Assembly (NCBI GenBank): GCA_040002895.1
Contig: JBDUDP010000003.1
Coordinates: 19,738-83,737 of the forward strand
Length of the DNA: 64,000 bases
Direction: 5' to 3'
Origin: Gemmatimonadota bacterium
GTDB lineage: Bacteria > Gemmatimonadota > Gemmatimonadetes > Gemmatimonadales > GWC2-71-9
The notes beneath the pieces are model-generated. The model did no database searches. It saw only the letters and a program-made list of their open reading frames with translations, and had not been told where the DNA came from. Of this stretch, positions 18,753 to 28,692 are shown piece after piece (positions within the stretch are counted from its first letter, which is position 1; every line of letters begins with the position of its first letter). The position numbers and the translations under genes are program-made.

Positions 18753-19771
18753 GGGAATGGCCCTGGTGCGAGCAGCCCGGCACGCTCATCGATGCCGAGT
18801 GCGAGGTTCATCGCCTGAACGGCCTGTCCGCCGGCGCCCTTGATGAGATTGTCGATCGCGCACATGACCTGGACTTCGCGCCTATCGGGGGAGGCCACGG
18901 CATGCAACAGCGCGACGTTGGTGCCGACCGCGTGCGTGAGTTCCGGTGGTGCCTGGGTGACGCGCACAAACGGCCGACCGGCGAAGCGCGCGGCCACCCG
19001 CTCGTTGATGCCGGTCACCGGTGTTGTGAGGTGCGCATGCAGCGTGGCGTAGATGCCGCGCACGAAGGGTCCCGCGTGGGTGAGCATGCGCGCCGACGCC
19101 GTCGGATCGCCCCGCCATACCCGCCATTGTTCCAGCACTTCGCCCTCGTGGCGGTGCCCCATCGGCTGATAGGCAAACAGGTTGTGCGCACGCGCTGGAT
19201 GGTGGGTCGTGGGGCGCGGTGTCACGCCGGCACCACTCGAGCCCGTCACGGCGAAGATCACCGGGGCGGCCGCGAGCGGCAGGTCGGCGATGGCATAAAG
19301 CGCCAATTGCGCCGCGGTCGCGAAGCAACCCGGTGCCGCGATCCCCGTGGCGCCGCGCAGCTGCTCGCCCAGCACATCGGCCAGGCCATACACAAAGCGA
19401 TGCACCAGCGCGGGTGCCGGATGGGGGCCGTAGTGCTGCTCGTGAAGCCGGCCGTCCTGGATCCGAAAATCCGCGGCGATGTCGATGATCATCCCGGCGC
19501 CCGCATCGATGACCTCGCCCGCCACCCGGCCGGACTCGCCGTGTTCGAGGGCGAGAAAGACCACATCCTTCCCCGCGGCAATGTCCCCGGGCGCGTGAGC
19601 GGCAAAGCGCGCGTCGGTGAGCATCGCGAGCGTCGGGTGCACATCGGCGATCGGGCGACCGGCTTGCGAGCGCGATGTCGCCACCACCTCCGTGATCTCC
19701 GGGTGCTGCAACACCAGTCGCAGGAGTTCGCCCCCGGCATAGCCGGCGCCACCAAGGACGGCGACCTTCAT
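18746..19771 (-). CDS. argC: N-acyl-gamma-glutamyl-phosphate reductase
   Basis: 'GGAGYAGGELLRL', 'PGCFAT', 'GSSGAG', 'IDNLIKGAGGQAVQAMN'; ATG 19771 overlaps the upstream stop. Confidence 0.95.
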   Translation of the reverse strand: MKVAVLGGAGYAGGELLRLVLQHPEITEVVATSRSQAGRPIADVHPTLAMLTDARFAAHAPGDIAAGKDVVFLALEHGESGRVAGEVIDAGAGMIIDIAADFRIQDGRLHEQHYGPHPAPALVHRFVYGLADVLGEQLRGATGIAAPGCFATAAQLALYAIADLPLAAAPVIFAVTGSSGAGVTPRPTTHHPARAHNLFAYQPMGHRHEGEVLEQWRVWRGDPTASARMLTHAGPFVRGIYATLHAHLTTPVTGINERVAARFAGRPFVRVTQAPPELTHAVGTNVALLHAVASPDRREVQVMCAIDNLIKGAGGQAVQAMNLALGIDERAGLLAPGPFPC

Positions 19772-20856
19772 ACGGCCACTCCGTGGGCGGCCCGCCACAG
19801 CTCGAGCGATTCGAGGACGCGAGCCACGAGGCCCTCGGCGTCCCGGCGGGAGTTGTGCGCCGGCAGCCCGAGCGAGGCGGTGATGTAGTCACTGCCGACA
19901 TGGTTGTCGGTCGCCGGGCCGGTGAGCACGGTGATCGCGAGGCCGAAGTCATCGCGCATCAGTTCACGCGCGCCCCAGCAGCCGACCGGATCGGGAGCCG
20001 CCATTACGTAGCCGGCGCCAATGGACATCAGATCCGGGGCGCGCAGGATGTCCTGCACGCCATACTCACCGAGGATGCCGTCTCCGAGTTCCGCCACGAT
20101 CACGTCCGGGCGCGGTCCGCGTGGGTCGGCGAGCCGGTTGAACAGGCCCCGCGCCACCGGCACCGTCATCCCCGCGTGGGTGCTCGCAGCGCCGGCATCA
20201 TTGAACGTGAGCGCGGCGATCGCGCCCGCATCCATCATCGAGAGCGCATCGCGCATGAGCGACACGCCGGTGAGCTTCGCCGCCGCCACCCGGAGCCCGC
20301 TACGAGCGAGGCCACGCACGAGTTCGGTCGCGGCCACTGTCTTCCCCGAGTTCATGCAAGTGCCTGCGACGTAGATCACCGGCACATCACAGGTCAGCAC
20401 CTCTGCGGGCGGCACCGCGCGATCGCGAATGTGCGCCGGACGGCCGATGCGATCCCCAAGTTCGGGAAAGGCGAGTACCGCTCCGAGCACCTCGGCCTGG
20501 AATGGGGGCCCGATGTCGGGGTTGGCCGAAGTGCACTTGCCGAGGATGCCACCGAGGTTGAGGACCTCGATCATATCGCCGACCGCGATCGTCTTCGGCA
20601 CCTCGCCGGCATAACCGCGCAGCGCGCGCCGCACGCCCAGCGTGCCGGCCAGGACATCGCCCGCACGCAACGACACCATCCGGCCCGCGACATCCTCGAC
20701 CTGATTGTAGGTGCTCTTGTCGCTGAGCAGTCGCACGGCAAGGATGTAACCCTCTGCCGCCACGATCTCATCACCGACAATCACCTCGGTGGTGAGGCCG
20801 GCGTTCTTGGTGCTCGAGGCGATCCGGTCGAGCCGCACCCGCGTCGTGACCACCAT
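19768..20856 (-). CDS. DUF1611/DgcN-like P-loop protein inside the arg operon
   Basis: 'AGTCMNSGKT', 'AAAKLTG', 'VIVAELGDG'; start and stop overlap argG and argC. Confidence 0.65.
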   Translation of the reverse strand: MVVTTRVRLDRIASSTKNAGLTTEVIVGDEIVAAEGYILAVRLLSDKSTYNQVEDVAGRMVSLRAGDVLAGTLGVRRALRGYAGEVPKTIAVGDMIEVLNLGGILGKCTSANPDIGPPFQAEVLGAVLAFPELGDRIGRPAHIRDRAVPPAEVLTCDVPVIYVAGTCMNSGKTVAATELVRGLARSGLRVAAAKLTGVSLMRDALSMMDAGAIAALTFNDAGAASTHAGMTVPVARGLFNRLADPRGPRPDVIVAELGDGILGEYGVQDILRAPDLMSIGAGYVMAAPDPVGCWGARELMRDDFGLAITVLTGPATDNHVGSDYITASLGLPAHNSRRDAEGLVARVLESLELWRAAHGVAV

Positions 20857-22058
20857 CAGCCGTCTCCCTGCGCGCGCGACTCAGCGCGCATCGCCAGCAG
20901 CTCGGGGATCGCACCAACCCGTGCGAACGCCTTCGCCTCGTCGCCGGTCCAGAGCCGGTTCTCCTCGCCATACGTCGCCACCGCGGGATCCATCATCGAA
21001 TAGGGCGAGCGTGTCCCGGTGACGAGGAAGCGTCCCGGCGCGAGCCGGACCCGCGTCTCGCCGGTCACCTTGCGCTGCGACGACGTGACCATCGCCTCGA
21101 TATCGCGCAGGGTCGGGTCGAAGTAGTGGCCCTCGTGCAGACGGTCGCCGTAGAAGCGGCCGAGCTGATCCTTCCAGAACGCCTGCCACTTGGTGAGCAC
21201 CAGCTTCTCGAGCTCGCGATGGGCGCTGATGAGGATCAGCGCCGCGCCGGCCTCGAAGCCAATGCGTCCCTTGATGCCGAGAGCAGTCTCGCCCACGTGG
21301 ATGCCGTGGCCGATCCCGAAATCGGCCGCGCGCTCGGCCAGCGCGTCGACGAGTGCGTGCCCCGACATCGCGACGCCGTCCAGCGCAACCGGGACGCCCT
21401 CGGTCCACGCGATGACGTGATCGGCGGGCGGCGGTGCGTCGGCGGCAGGGTCGAGCAGTTCGTCCGGTGGGGCGGCCCAGGTGTCGTGGGTCCAGCCACC
21501 ACCCCAGGTGGTGCCCCAGAGGCCGCGATTGATGGAGAAGGCGCCCGACTTCGGCGGCACCGGCAGGCCACGGGCCTCGAGATAGGCGATCGACTGCTCG
21601 CGCGACAGCGACTCCTCGCGGATCGGCGTCACGATGTCGAGATCGGGGGCGAGCACGCGCAGGGCGATGTCGAAGCGGATCTGGTCGTTGCCGGCACCGG
21701 TGGAGCCGTGCGCCACGGCAGCGGCGTCAATCTGTCGCGCCACGTCGATCACGGAGATGGCCTGCTGGGTGCGCTCGGCGGCCACCGAAAGCGGATACAC
21801 CTCGCCCCGCAGCACATTGGCCTGGATCAGCACCTTCACGAAGCGATCGAAGACCAGCGCCCGGGCATCGACCTCATGATGCTCCACCGCGCCCACCGCG
21901 AGCGCCTGCGCCCGGATCGCGGCACACTGCTCGACGGTGGTGCCGCCGGTGTTCACGAACACGGTATGGACGAGATATCCCCGCTCGGTGAGCCGGGGAA
22001 CGCAGTAGGAGGTATCGAGCCCGCCGGAGAAGGCGAGGGCCAGCCGGGAGTTTTGCAT
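20856..22058 (-). CDS. argG: Argininosuccinate synthase
   Basis: 'LAFSGGLDTS', 'AHGSTGAGNDQIRF', 'GIKGR'. Confidence 0.95.
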   Translation of the reverse strand: MQNSRLALAFSGGLDTSYCVPRLTERGYLVHTVFVNTGGTTVEQCAAIRAQALAVGAVEHHEVDARALVFDRFVKVLIQANVLRGEVYPLSVAAERTQQAISVIDVARQIDAAAVAHGSTGAGNDQIRFDIALRVLAPDLDIVTPIREESLSREQSIAYLEARGLPVPPKSGAFSINRGLWGTTWGGGWTHDTWAAPPDELLDPAADAPPPADHVIAWTEGVPVALDGVAMSGHALVDALAERAADFGIGHGIHVGETALGIKGRIGFEAGAALILISAHRELEKLVLTKWQAFWKDQLGRFYGDRLHEGHYFDPTLRDIEAMVTSSQRKVTGETRVRLAPGRFLVTGTRSPYSMMDPAVATYGEENRLWTGDEAKAFARVGAIPELLAMRAESRAQGDG

Positions 22059-22076
22059 AGTGCATAACTATGCAGT
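22059..22076 (-). promoter_or_regulatory. ARG box overlapping a putative -10 element just upstream of argG
   Basis: TGCATA-AC-TATGCA perfect inverted arms at 22061-22074; minus-strand TTGCGG-N17-CATAGT. Confidence 0.8.
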
Positions 22077-22127
22077 CAGAGTGGTCCCCCCGCAAGGGGC
22101 CGGGCAGCCCTTCCCGCCCTCATGGCC

Positions 22128-24521
22128 TCACAGCTTCCGCACCACCAGCGAGGCCGACTCCTCGACCTCCGCCCCTCCGCCCCGCACCGTCACCCGAAGC
22201 CGGTACGCCCCCGGGTCCAGTTTTCCGAGCGCCACCGAGCGCGAGACCTCGCCCCGCGCCTGCGGCGCATTGGCCTTGAACCCCACCGCGAGCTTGGGCT
22301 TCTTCGGATCATCGCGCCCAAAGAACTCCAGCCGGGTCTCGTACTCGGTGCCCACCAGCATGCCGCTCACCTGATAGTAGAGCTCCACCATCGAGCCGGT
22401 GACGTACGCATTGAGCGGATTCAGCGGCACCACCGTGCGGCCCGAGTTCCAGCGTGCTCCGGTCCCCTCACGTCCCAGCACCACGCTGCTGATGCCGAGG
22501 TGGGCACTCGCATCAGGCACGCGAACGGTGGCGAGTCGCGCCAGCGCCCCGCGACCATCATCCTGCGAGAGCAGCAGCGTCGCACCGTAGGTCGCAGCCG
22601 GCAGTGGCAATTCGATCACCCCGGTGAGCCACTCTCCCTCGACCAGCGGCTTGGCCGCGGCGAACTGCCGCAAGGTGTCGATGTCGATGCGATGCCCGGT
22701 CGCCTTGTCGACGCTGAGCACCCGCACATGGATCGGATACACCGCCCTCCCGCCCGCCTCGGCCGGTGTGACGAACGCCAGCTTGCCACCCGGAATCGCG
22801 AACGCCACCACCAGTCGCGGCGCGCCGCCATCGGCGCGATCGAGCCCGTAGATCTGCACGATCGGATCGAGCGGTGCCGTGAACGATCGCGGGAACGCAT
22901 CGGTGGTCACAGCGCGCACGATGTTGTCGGTACCCCGGTTGCGCTCACTCACCACCAGGTTCGGTGGCGGCAGGTTGCCGGTGGAGAGTGCCCCATTTCG
23001 CCCCGGCGCGAACCGCCCGTTCCCCGCCACGCCAATGGTGTTGCCGGGTTGCAGGCGATCGCAGTTCCCGTTGATCTGTCCGCAAAGTTGTTCCAGCGAG
23101 GTGCCGTCCGACCCCGCCGGCGTCGGGATCAGCACGCTCGCTCCCGCGGTGCCGTCGAAGTCGACCTCAGCAAAGAAGAGCACCAGTGGTGGCTCACCCG
23201 GCCGGTCGTATTGCCACACCGCCTTCGCGGTCCCACCCACCGTCCCCTGCTCTCGGTCGGGCTTGCCATGACGAATCCAGATCACGCCACGATCGTCGAG
23301 CACGTCCTGCGTGATCCCGAATTGGCGGAACGGCACATCGGCGCCGACGGTGCCAGCATACGAATCTTGTGACGCGGTGACGGCATCCTGCGCGCTGGCG
23401 GCAGTGCTCTGGCGCGACGAACCATTGTTGCCCCCGCCCACCACCGATCCACCATTGTTGAGGTCCATGAGGTCGCCGGCCATCGCGGTGCTCCGCACCC
23501 GCTGCCGTCCCTTCTGCGGAATCGCAATCCGGAAATTGGCCATCGCGAACTCGATCCGGCGGTAGTGCTCCACCAGTCGCTCGCCCGGTTCGCGTCCCTC
23601 CTTCACGTCGCGCGTGGCCCAGAAGGTGTCGAGCCATTGCCGCCGATCGGCCACCGGGAGCGAATCCCAGGTCGCGACCTCATCGGGCGACGCGACCCAG
23701 CTCAACTCCTCGCGATAGCGCATCCGGGCCAAGGGTGACATCGCGACCGCCGCGCCGGCCAGCAGCGCCGCGCGTCCCTCCGCTGGACGGCCGGCCAGGT
23801 AGAGATCACGGGCGAGTTCGAGCGAGACCAGCCCGCTATCGGCGCCCTGCGCCATCGCCTCCCGCAGGAAGACGATGGCGGTGTCGACACTGCCGGCCTC
23901 GCGTTCAACGCGCGCAAGGGAGAACCGCGCCGACGGCGACAAGGGAAGTGATCCGCGGAGTCGACGCAGCGTGCGGGCGCGCAGTCCAAGTTGCGAGGCG
24001 CCCTCCCGCGGAATCGGGGCGAGCGCGAGTGCTTCGGCTGCGCCCACCATGGCCGAGTCCAACTCAAGCGCGCGCACCAGCGCGTTGCCCGCACCGGCCT
24101 CGAAGCTGAGCCCCATCGCCTGGAGCGGCCCCTCCTTCGCAAGCACCTTGGCCCGCGCGAGCTCGAGCCGGGCCACGCCGAGGCCGTACCATGCGGCGGC
24201 CCACTTGGGACGCTCATCCACGGTGCGACGCAGCAATGCCTCCGCCTTGATGGCATCCTCCGCCTGCGCGGAGAATTCCGCCAGCCGGGTCAGCCGCAAC
24301 CCATCGCAGAGGCGCGAGAGCGGGCCATCGCGCCCGGCGCAGCGATCGCTGCCAAACAGCTGCTCGCGCGAGCCCGCGCGGGCCATGTCACGGAAAAGCG
24401 AATCGACGAAGGGGCGTTCGACGGCGCCTTGCGCCACGAGCGTGACGGGGCCGAGGCACAGCAGGAGTGCGAGGCGGAGCGGGAGGTGCGACAGGCGAGT
24501 CGTCGAGCGGCGCATGAACAC
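22128..24521 (-). CDS. GWxTD-domain-like exported protein with TPR-like N-terminus
   Basis: Signal peptide; 'FWATRD', 'EHYRRIEFAMANF', 'DDRGVIWIRHGKPD'. Confidence 0.7.
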   Translation of the reverse strand: MFMRRSTTRLSHLPLRLALLLCLGPVTLVAQGAVERPFVDSLFRDMARAGSREQLFGSDRCAGRDGPLSRLCDGLRLTRLAEFSAQAEDAIKAEALLRRTVDERPKWAAAWYGLGVARLELARAKVLAKEGPLQAMGLSFEAGAGNALVRALELDSAMVGAAEALALAPIPREGASQLGLRARTLRRLRGSLPLSPSARFSLARVEREAGSVDTAIVFLREAMAQGADSGLVSLELARDLYLAGRPAEGRAALLAGAAVAMSPLARMRYREELSWVASPDEVATWDSLPVADRRQWLDTFWATRDVKEGREPGERLVEHYRRIEFAMANFRIAIPQKGRQRVRSTAMAGDLMDLNNGGSVVGGGNNGSSRQSTAASAQDAVTASQDSYAGTVGADVPFRQFGITQDVLDDRGVIWIRHGKPDREQGTVGGTAKAVWQYDRPGEPPLVLFFAEVDFDGTAGASVLIPTPAGSDGTSLEQLCGQINGNCDRLQPGNTIGVAGNGRFAPGRNGALSTGNLPPPNLVVSERNRGTDNIVRAVTTDAFPRSFTAPLDPIVQIYGLDRADGGAPRLVVAFAIPGGKLAFVTPAEAGGRAVYPIHVRVLSVDKATGHRIDIDTLRQFAAAKPLVEGEWLTGVIELPLPAATYGATLLLSQDDGRGALARLATVRVPDASAHLGISSVVLGREGTGARWNSGRTVVPLNPLNAYVTGSMVELYYQVSGMLVGTEYETRLEFFGRDDPKKPKLAVGFKANAPQARGEVSRSVALGKLDPGAYRLRVTVRGGGAEVEESASLVVRKL

Positions 24522-24587
24522 ACATCCGGGGGAGAGGTGTCAGGCCAAAGCTAGCGCCATTGTCCCCTCCCTGTGCTGGATTTCCTG

Positions 24588-25283
24588 CTACGGCTTGCTC
24601 TGCAACGAGAGGCCGTACTGGAAATGCAGGGCGTAGTTCATCGTCGTGGCATTCCCGTCCGCCACGTCGAGATTCAGATATCCGATGGTCGCCTTCACCG
24701 TCAGCGACCCATAGGTGTACGGGAGCAGCTTGAGCCGCCGGGCCAGGTTGCCCGAGAGCACCGCGCCATCGAGCTCATAGCGAGAGCCGAAGATCCCGTC
24801 GGACTTGCCGTAGCTCTTTCCACGGATCGTGGTGATTGGCACGGACAGAATCGGCCCCGCCCCCACCCCATACTCCCACCCTTTGGTGCGCCAGAGCCGC
24901 TCCACCATCAGGTGATTCACGCCATTGGTCACGCGGAATGCCGTCACCTCGGGGAGCGGAAGGTTGTCGAGGTAGAGCTTGTGATGCATGTACTCGAAGG
25001 CCCATGCCGAGGAGCCCGACCACTTCGAGATCCGGCCAGAGTAGTACCAGGTCGGCCGCCAGGGGCGGGTCGACCAGTTGGCATTGACCTTGATATCCGG
25101 CTGGCCATCCTGATGGATCGTGAGCGGGGCCCGGGCGTTGTAGGCGTCCCCAAACCAGGCCTCGAGCCGCCATTGGGCGGCCAACGGGGCCGGCTGGAGG
25201 GCCACGAGCACGGCCAGCGTCACGCCGATCGCGAACCATCGGGAGAGTCTGGGGGATCGGGCGGAGCGACTTCCGAGCAGCAT
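24588..25283 (-). CDS. Hypothetical outer-membrane beta-barrel protein
   Basis: Signal peptide, aromatic amphipathic strands, 'EYMHHKLYL'. Confidence 0.6.
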   Translation of the reverse strand: MLLGSRSARSPRLSRWFAIGVTLAVLVALQPAPLAAQWRLEAWFGDAYNARAPLTIHQDGQPDIKVNANWSTRPWRPTWYYSGRISKWSGSSAWAFEYMHHKLYLDNLPLPEVTAFRVTNGVNHLMVERLWRTKGWEYGVGAGPILSVPITTIRGKSYGKSDGIFGSRYELDGAVLSGNLARRLKLLPYTYGSLTVKATIGYLNLDVADGNATTMNYALHFQYGLSLQSKP

Positions 25284-25579
25284 CAGGGACCTGGGGTGGG
25301 GAAGGGGGCGACAGAAGCTAATCACCCCGGGAAGCCGGCCCGCATCGGGGTCGGGCAACCTGCCTGCCGTCGGGGCATACGCCTGAGGTGGACGAATGGG
25401 GAACCCCGGGCCGACCCAGCGGGTTCCAGCTTGTGTCTCCGGGGCCGACTGTGGCGTCAACCTTGCGAAGGGATGCCTCGGATGTTTCCGTTCTACACCG
25501 TTGAGCAGACTTGACTTACGGTCCTTCGAGGGGGTTGAAATCAACCTCGGGTAAGGGACCGCACACCAGGAGGACTTGC

Positions 25580-26809
25580 ATGCGTCACGCTGGGTTGGTG
25601 ATTGCGGCCTCAATTCTCGCCGTTGCCCCTATGGCAGCGCAGGATAAGGGGACCTTTGAAATCGGCGGCTTCGGCCGCTATACCAAGTACACCGAGGCCT
25701 ACGAGATTCGGAAGCCGGACGACAATCGCTTCGGCGGTGGCGCCCGCATCGGCCTCTTCGTCGCCAACAACCTGGCGATCGAGCTCGACGGCTCCTTCAA
25801 TCCGACCGACCTCGCGGGCAACCAGCCCAATGTGCCGTCGACCATCGGCTTCCGCTCCGTTCCACTTCAGTACTTCCCCTTCCACCTGCAGCTCGTCTAC
25901 AACGCACCGCTCACCGGCGGCATTAGCTGGATGATCGGTGGCGGTCCGGGCTACACCAAGCTCAAGAAGGGGATCAACGAAGGAAACGTCTCGGTGGGCG
26001 CGATGACCGGCCTGCGGCTCCGTCCGGCCAAGTGGCTGAACTTCCGCCTCGAAGGCACGGCAGACGTTCTCCCGAGCGGCTTCGGCGAAGGCAGCAACAC
26101 CTACCTCGGCGCCCAGCTCGGCGCGTCGCTGATGCTCGGCGGCGGCTGCGACCACTCCAAGGACATGATCGGCATCCGTCCCGCGAGCGCGTCGCTCACT
26201 CCCGGCCAGAGCCAGCAGTTCACCGCCGAGTCCTGGTACTGCGGCAAGGCCGATCAGGTCACCTACATGACCAGCGGCCCGGGTACGGTTGACGCCATGA
26301 GTGGCCTCTACACCTCCGCGGGCGATGGCTGCGCCACGGTGACGGCCACGAGCAAGAAGGGCAAGCTCACCTCAAGCGCCAACGTCTGCACCAAGACGCC
26401 AGTTGCTGTGCCGCCGCCGGCCCCGGTTCGTCCGGCACCGCCACCGCCGCCAGCCCCGGTGAAGCCTGCCTACACGTTCGAACTGTCGGTGGTGAACTTC
26501 CGCTTCGACCACTCCGATCTGACGCGTGGCGGCATGGATACGCTGAACACCGTTGCCACGACCCTCAAGTCCCATCCTGAGGTCAATGTCGACGTGGTCG
26601 GCCACACCGACTGGGTCGGAACCAACGCCTACAACATGAAGCTGTCACAGGCGCGGGCCGAGACGGTTCGGAAGTACCTGATTTCGCAGGGTGTCGCCGC
26701 GGACCGCATCATGGTCAAGTGGCGTGGTGAGGAAGAGCCGACGGCAACGAACGATACCGCCGAAGGCCGCGCGAAGAACCGTCGCGCCGAGATCAAGCAG
26801 AACAACTGA
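25580..26809 (+). CDS. OmpA-family protein (barrel, Ig-like domain, Pro linker, OmpA_C)
   Basis: AGGAGG RBS, signal peptide, 'VGHTDWVGTNAYNMKLSQARA', 'GRAKNRRAE'. Confidence 0.9.
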   Translation: MRHAGLVIAASILAVAPMAAQDKGTFEIGGFGRYTKYTEAYEIRKPDDNRFGGGARIGLFVANNLAIELDGSFNPTDLAGNQPNVPSTIGFRSVPLQYFPFHLQLVYNAPLTGGISWMIGGGPGYTKLKKGINEGNVSVGAMTGLRLRPAKWLNFRLEGTADVLPSGFGEGSNTYLGAQLGASLMLGGGCDHSKDMIGIRPASASLTPGQSQQFTAESWYCGKADQVTYMTSGPGTVDAMSGLYTSAGDGCATVTATSKKGKLTSSANVCTKTPVAVPPPAPVRPAPPPPPAPVKPAYTFELSVVNFRFDHSDLTRGGMDTLNTVATTLKSHPEVNVDVVGHTDWVGTNAYNMKLSQARAETVRKYLISQGVAADRIMVKWRGEEEPTATNDTAEGRAKNRRAEIKQNN

Positions 26810-26825
26810 TCTCGCGTGGATGGAC

Positions 26826-26866
26826 AGACAAAGGCCGCCGGGGCAGTTGCCCCGGCGGCCTTTGTC
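26826..26866. terminator. Bidirectional intrinsic terminator
   Basis: gacaaaggccgccggggca-gt-tgccccggcggcctttgtc palindrome between convergent genes. Confidence 0.85.
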
Positions 26867-26876
26867 GTCTGCCCGG

Positions 26877-27908
26877 TCACACTCCCTTGAAGGTCGGTGC
26901 GGCGGGCGAGTGCTCAGGCTGCAGGTACTCTCGCCGATACATCGAAAGCAGCTCGAAGAAGTACGAGAGCGCGAGTGGCCCGATCAGCAGGCCGATGATG
27001 CCGAGATAGCTCACACCGGCCACCGCGCCCACGAGGGTGATCAACGGGTGGATCTGGGCGTAGCGATTGGAGACCCACGGCCGGATCAGGTTGTCGACGT
27101 TGCCGACCACCACCAGCCCCCAGACCACCATGCCGATGGCCCAACCCGTCTCCCCCTGGGAGAAGAGGTAGACGGCGGCCGGAGCCCAGACCATCCCGCT
27201 TCCGACCACCGGCAACACCGAGAGCAGCACCGTCACCGAGCCCCAGAACATCGGATTGGTGATCCCGCTCAGGAAAAAGGCGAAGCCGACCATCGTCCCC
27301 TGGATCAGCGCCGCCGCGCCAGTGCCGAGGATCGTGGACTTGGTGATCGCGACGAACCGCTCCTTGAGGATTGTTGCGCTCGCGTCGGAGAACGGGATCG
27401 CCGGGCGCAGTCGTTCCCAGGAATGCTTCGGATCCAGCAGGATGTAGTAGAGGCCGAAGAAAGTGAACAGCAGATTGAGCGTCATCCGGGTCGCGGTGCC
27501 GAGGAGCGAGATGGCGCTGCTCCCGACCATGGAGAGCGCCTGTGATCCGGCCTGACGAATCTGCGGTCCAATCTCGAAACTGCCGATGCGCAGCGTGTCG
27601 AGTCGCAGCAGCAGGGGCGAGGCCAGCACCGACTTCACCGCGCCTTGGGCCTGCCCCACGAGCAGCGAGACCATGTAGCCCACCGGGAGCACCACGCCGA
27701 TGAGGGCGATGATGATCACCACCACGGCGGCCAGAGGGCGGTTACGGAGTTTGCGCGCGAGCCACTCGAACAGCGGGGCAAAGACCACATACAACACTGG
27801 CGCCCCAAGCAATCCCGAGGCATAGGGAGTCAGGGCGAGCAAGATCACCACGCCGAGGATGGCAACGAGCCAGGACGCGCGATCACGATTGGTATCGAGT
27901 ATGGGCAT
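26877..27908 (-). CDS. AI-2E family transporter
   Basis: Multi-TM; 'LPVVGSGMVW', 'VDNLIRP', 'IGLLIGP'. Confidence 0.9.
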   Translation of the reverse strand: MPILDTNRDRASWLVAILGVVILLALTPYASGLLGAPVLYVVFAPLFEWLARKLRNRPLAAVVVIIIALIGVVLPVGYMVSLLVGQAQGAVKSVLASPLLLRLDTLRIGSFEIGPQIRQAGSQALSMVGSSAISLLGTATRMTLNLLFTFFGLYYILLDPKHSWERLRPAIPFSDASATILKERFVAITKSTILGTGAAALIQGTMVGFAFFLSGITNPMFWGSVTVLLSVLPVVGSGMVWAPAAVYLFSQGETGWAIGMVVWGLVVVGNVDNLIRPWVSNRYAQIHPLITLVGAVAGVSYLGIIGLLIGPLALSYFFELLSMYRREYLQPEHSPAAPTFKGV

Positions 27909-27956
27909 CGCGAACGCTACCCTCTCCGAGCGCGTCCCGCTATCGGCAGTCGCTGT

Positions 27957-28664
27957 TCAGCGGCGCGCAGCCGTGAGGGAATCGAGCAGTGGGGCGAGCA
28001 CCGTCCAGACATTCCTCGCCGCGATCCGCGCACCAAGCGGCGTGGGGTGGATCCCGTCCGTTTGATTGAGTGAGTCAATGCCGGCGACCCCGTTGAGCAA
28101 GAAGGGGAGGAAATGGGCGTGACGCCGTCGTGCCACATCGGGGAAGACCGCCCGGAATCGCGTGGCATAGCTGCGCCCGAGGTTCGGCGGGGCCTCCATG
28201 CCTGCGAGCATCACGATGGGCGGCGGCACCTGGCGCTCCGCTCGATCGAGAATGGCCTCGAGATTCGCGCGCAGTGAGTCCACTGATTGGCCGCGAAGCC
28301 CATCGTTGGCGCCGGTCTCCAGCACCACTACCGCCACGGGCTGCTGGGAGAGCAGCCAATCCATCCGGCGCAGCGCGCCCGCCGACGTTTCACCGCTGAC
28401 CCCCGCGTTGATCACCCGGAAATCGAGCGCGGCGGAATCGATCTTGGCCTGGATCTGTGCCGGGAACGCCTCTGCTGGACTGAGCCCCAGCCCGGCCGTG
28501 AGCGAGGTACCCACGAACAGCACGATGCGCCGCGTATCGGCCGGTGCGGGGATATTCTTCGCCGGTGCCGCCGCAGGAGACTGCTTCCCCTGACCGCATC
28601 CGATCATCAGGGAACAGAGCAGCCAACTCCAACGGTATGGATCGCGTACCCAGTGCATTCCCAT
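27957..28664 (-). CDS. tesA: SGNH arylesterase/acyl-CoA thioesterase I lipoprotein
   Basis: 'GTSLTAG', 'NAGVSGETS', 'GANDG', 'DGIHP'; divergent from a YbbA/YbbP-type ABC pair. Confidence 0.85.
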   Translation of the reverse strand: MGMHWVRDPYRWSWLLCSLMIGCGQGKQSPAAAPAKNIPAPADTRRIVLFVGTSLTAGLGLSPAEAFPAQIQAKIDSAALDFRVINAGVSGETSAGALRRMDWLLSQQPVAVVVLETGANDGLRGQSVDSLRANLEAILDRAERQVPPPIVMLAGMEAPPNLGRSYATRFRAVFPDVARRRHAHFLPFLLNGVAGIDSLNQTDGIHPTPLGARIAARNVWTVLAPLLDSLTAARR

Positions 28665-28692
28665 CCTCGCTCGCTCTTGCTGCGGAGTCGAT

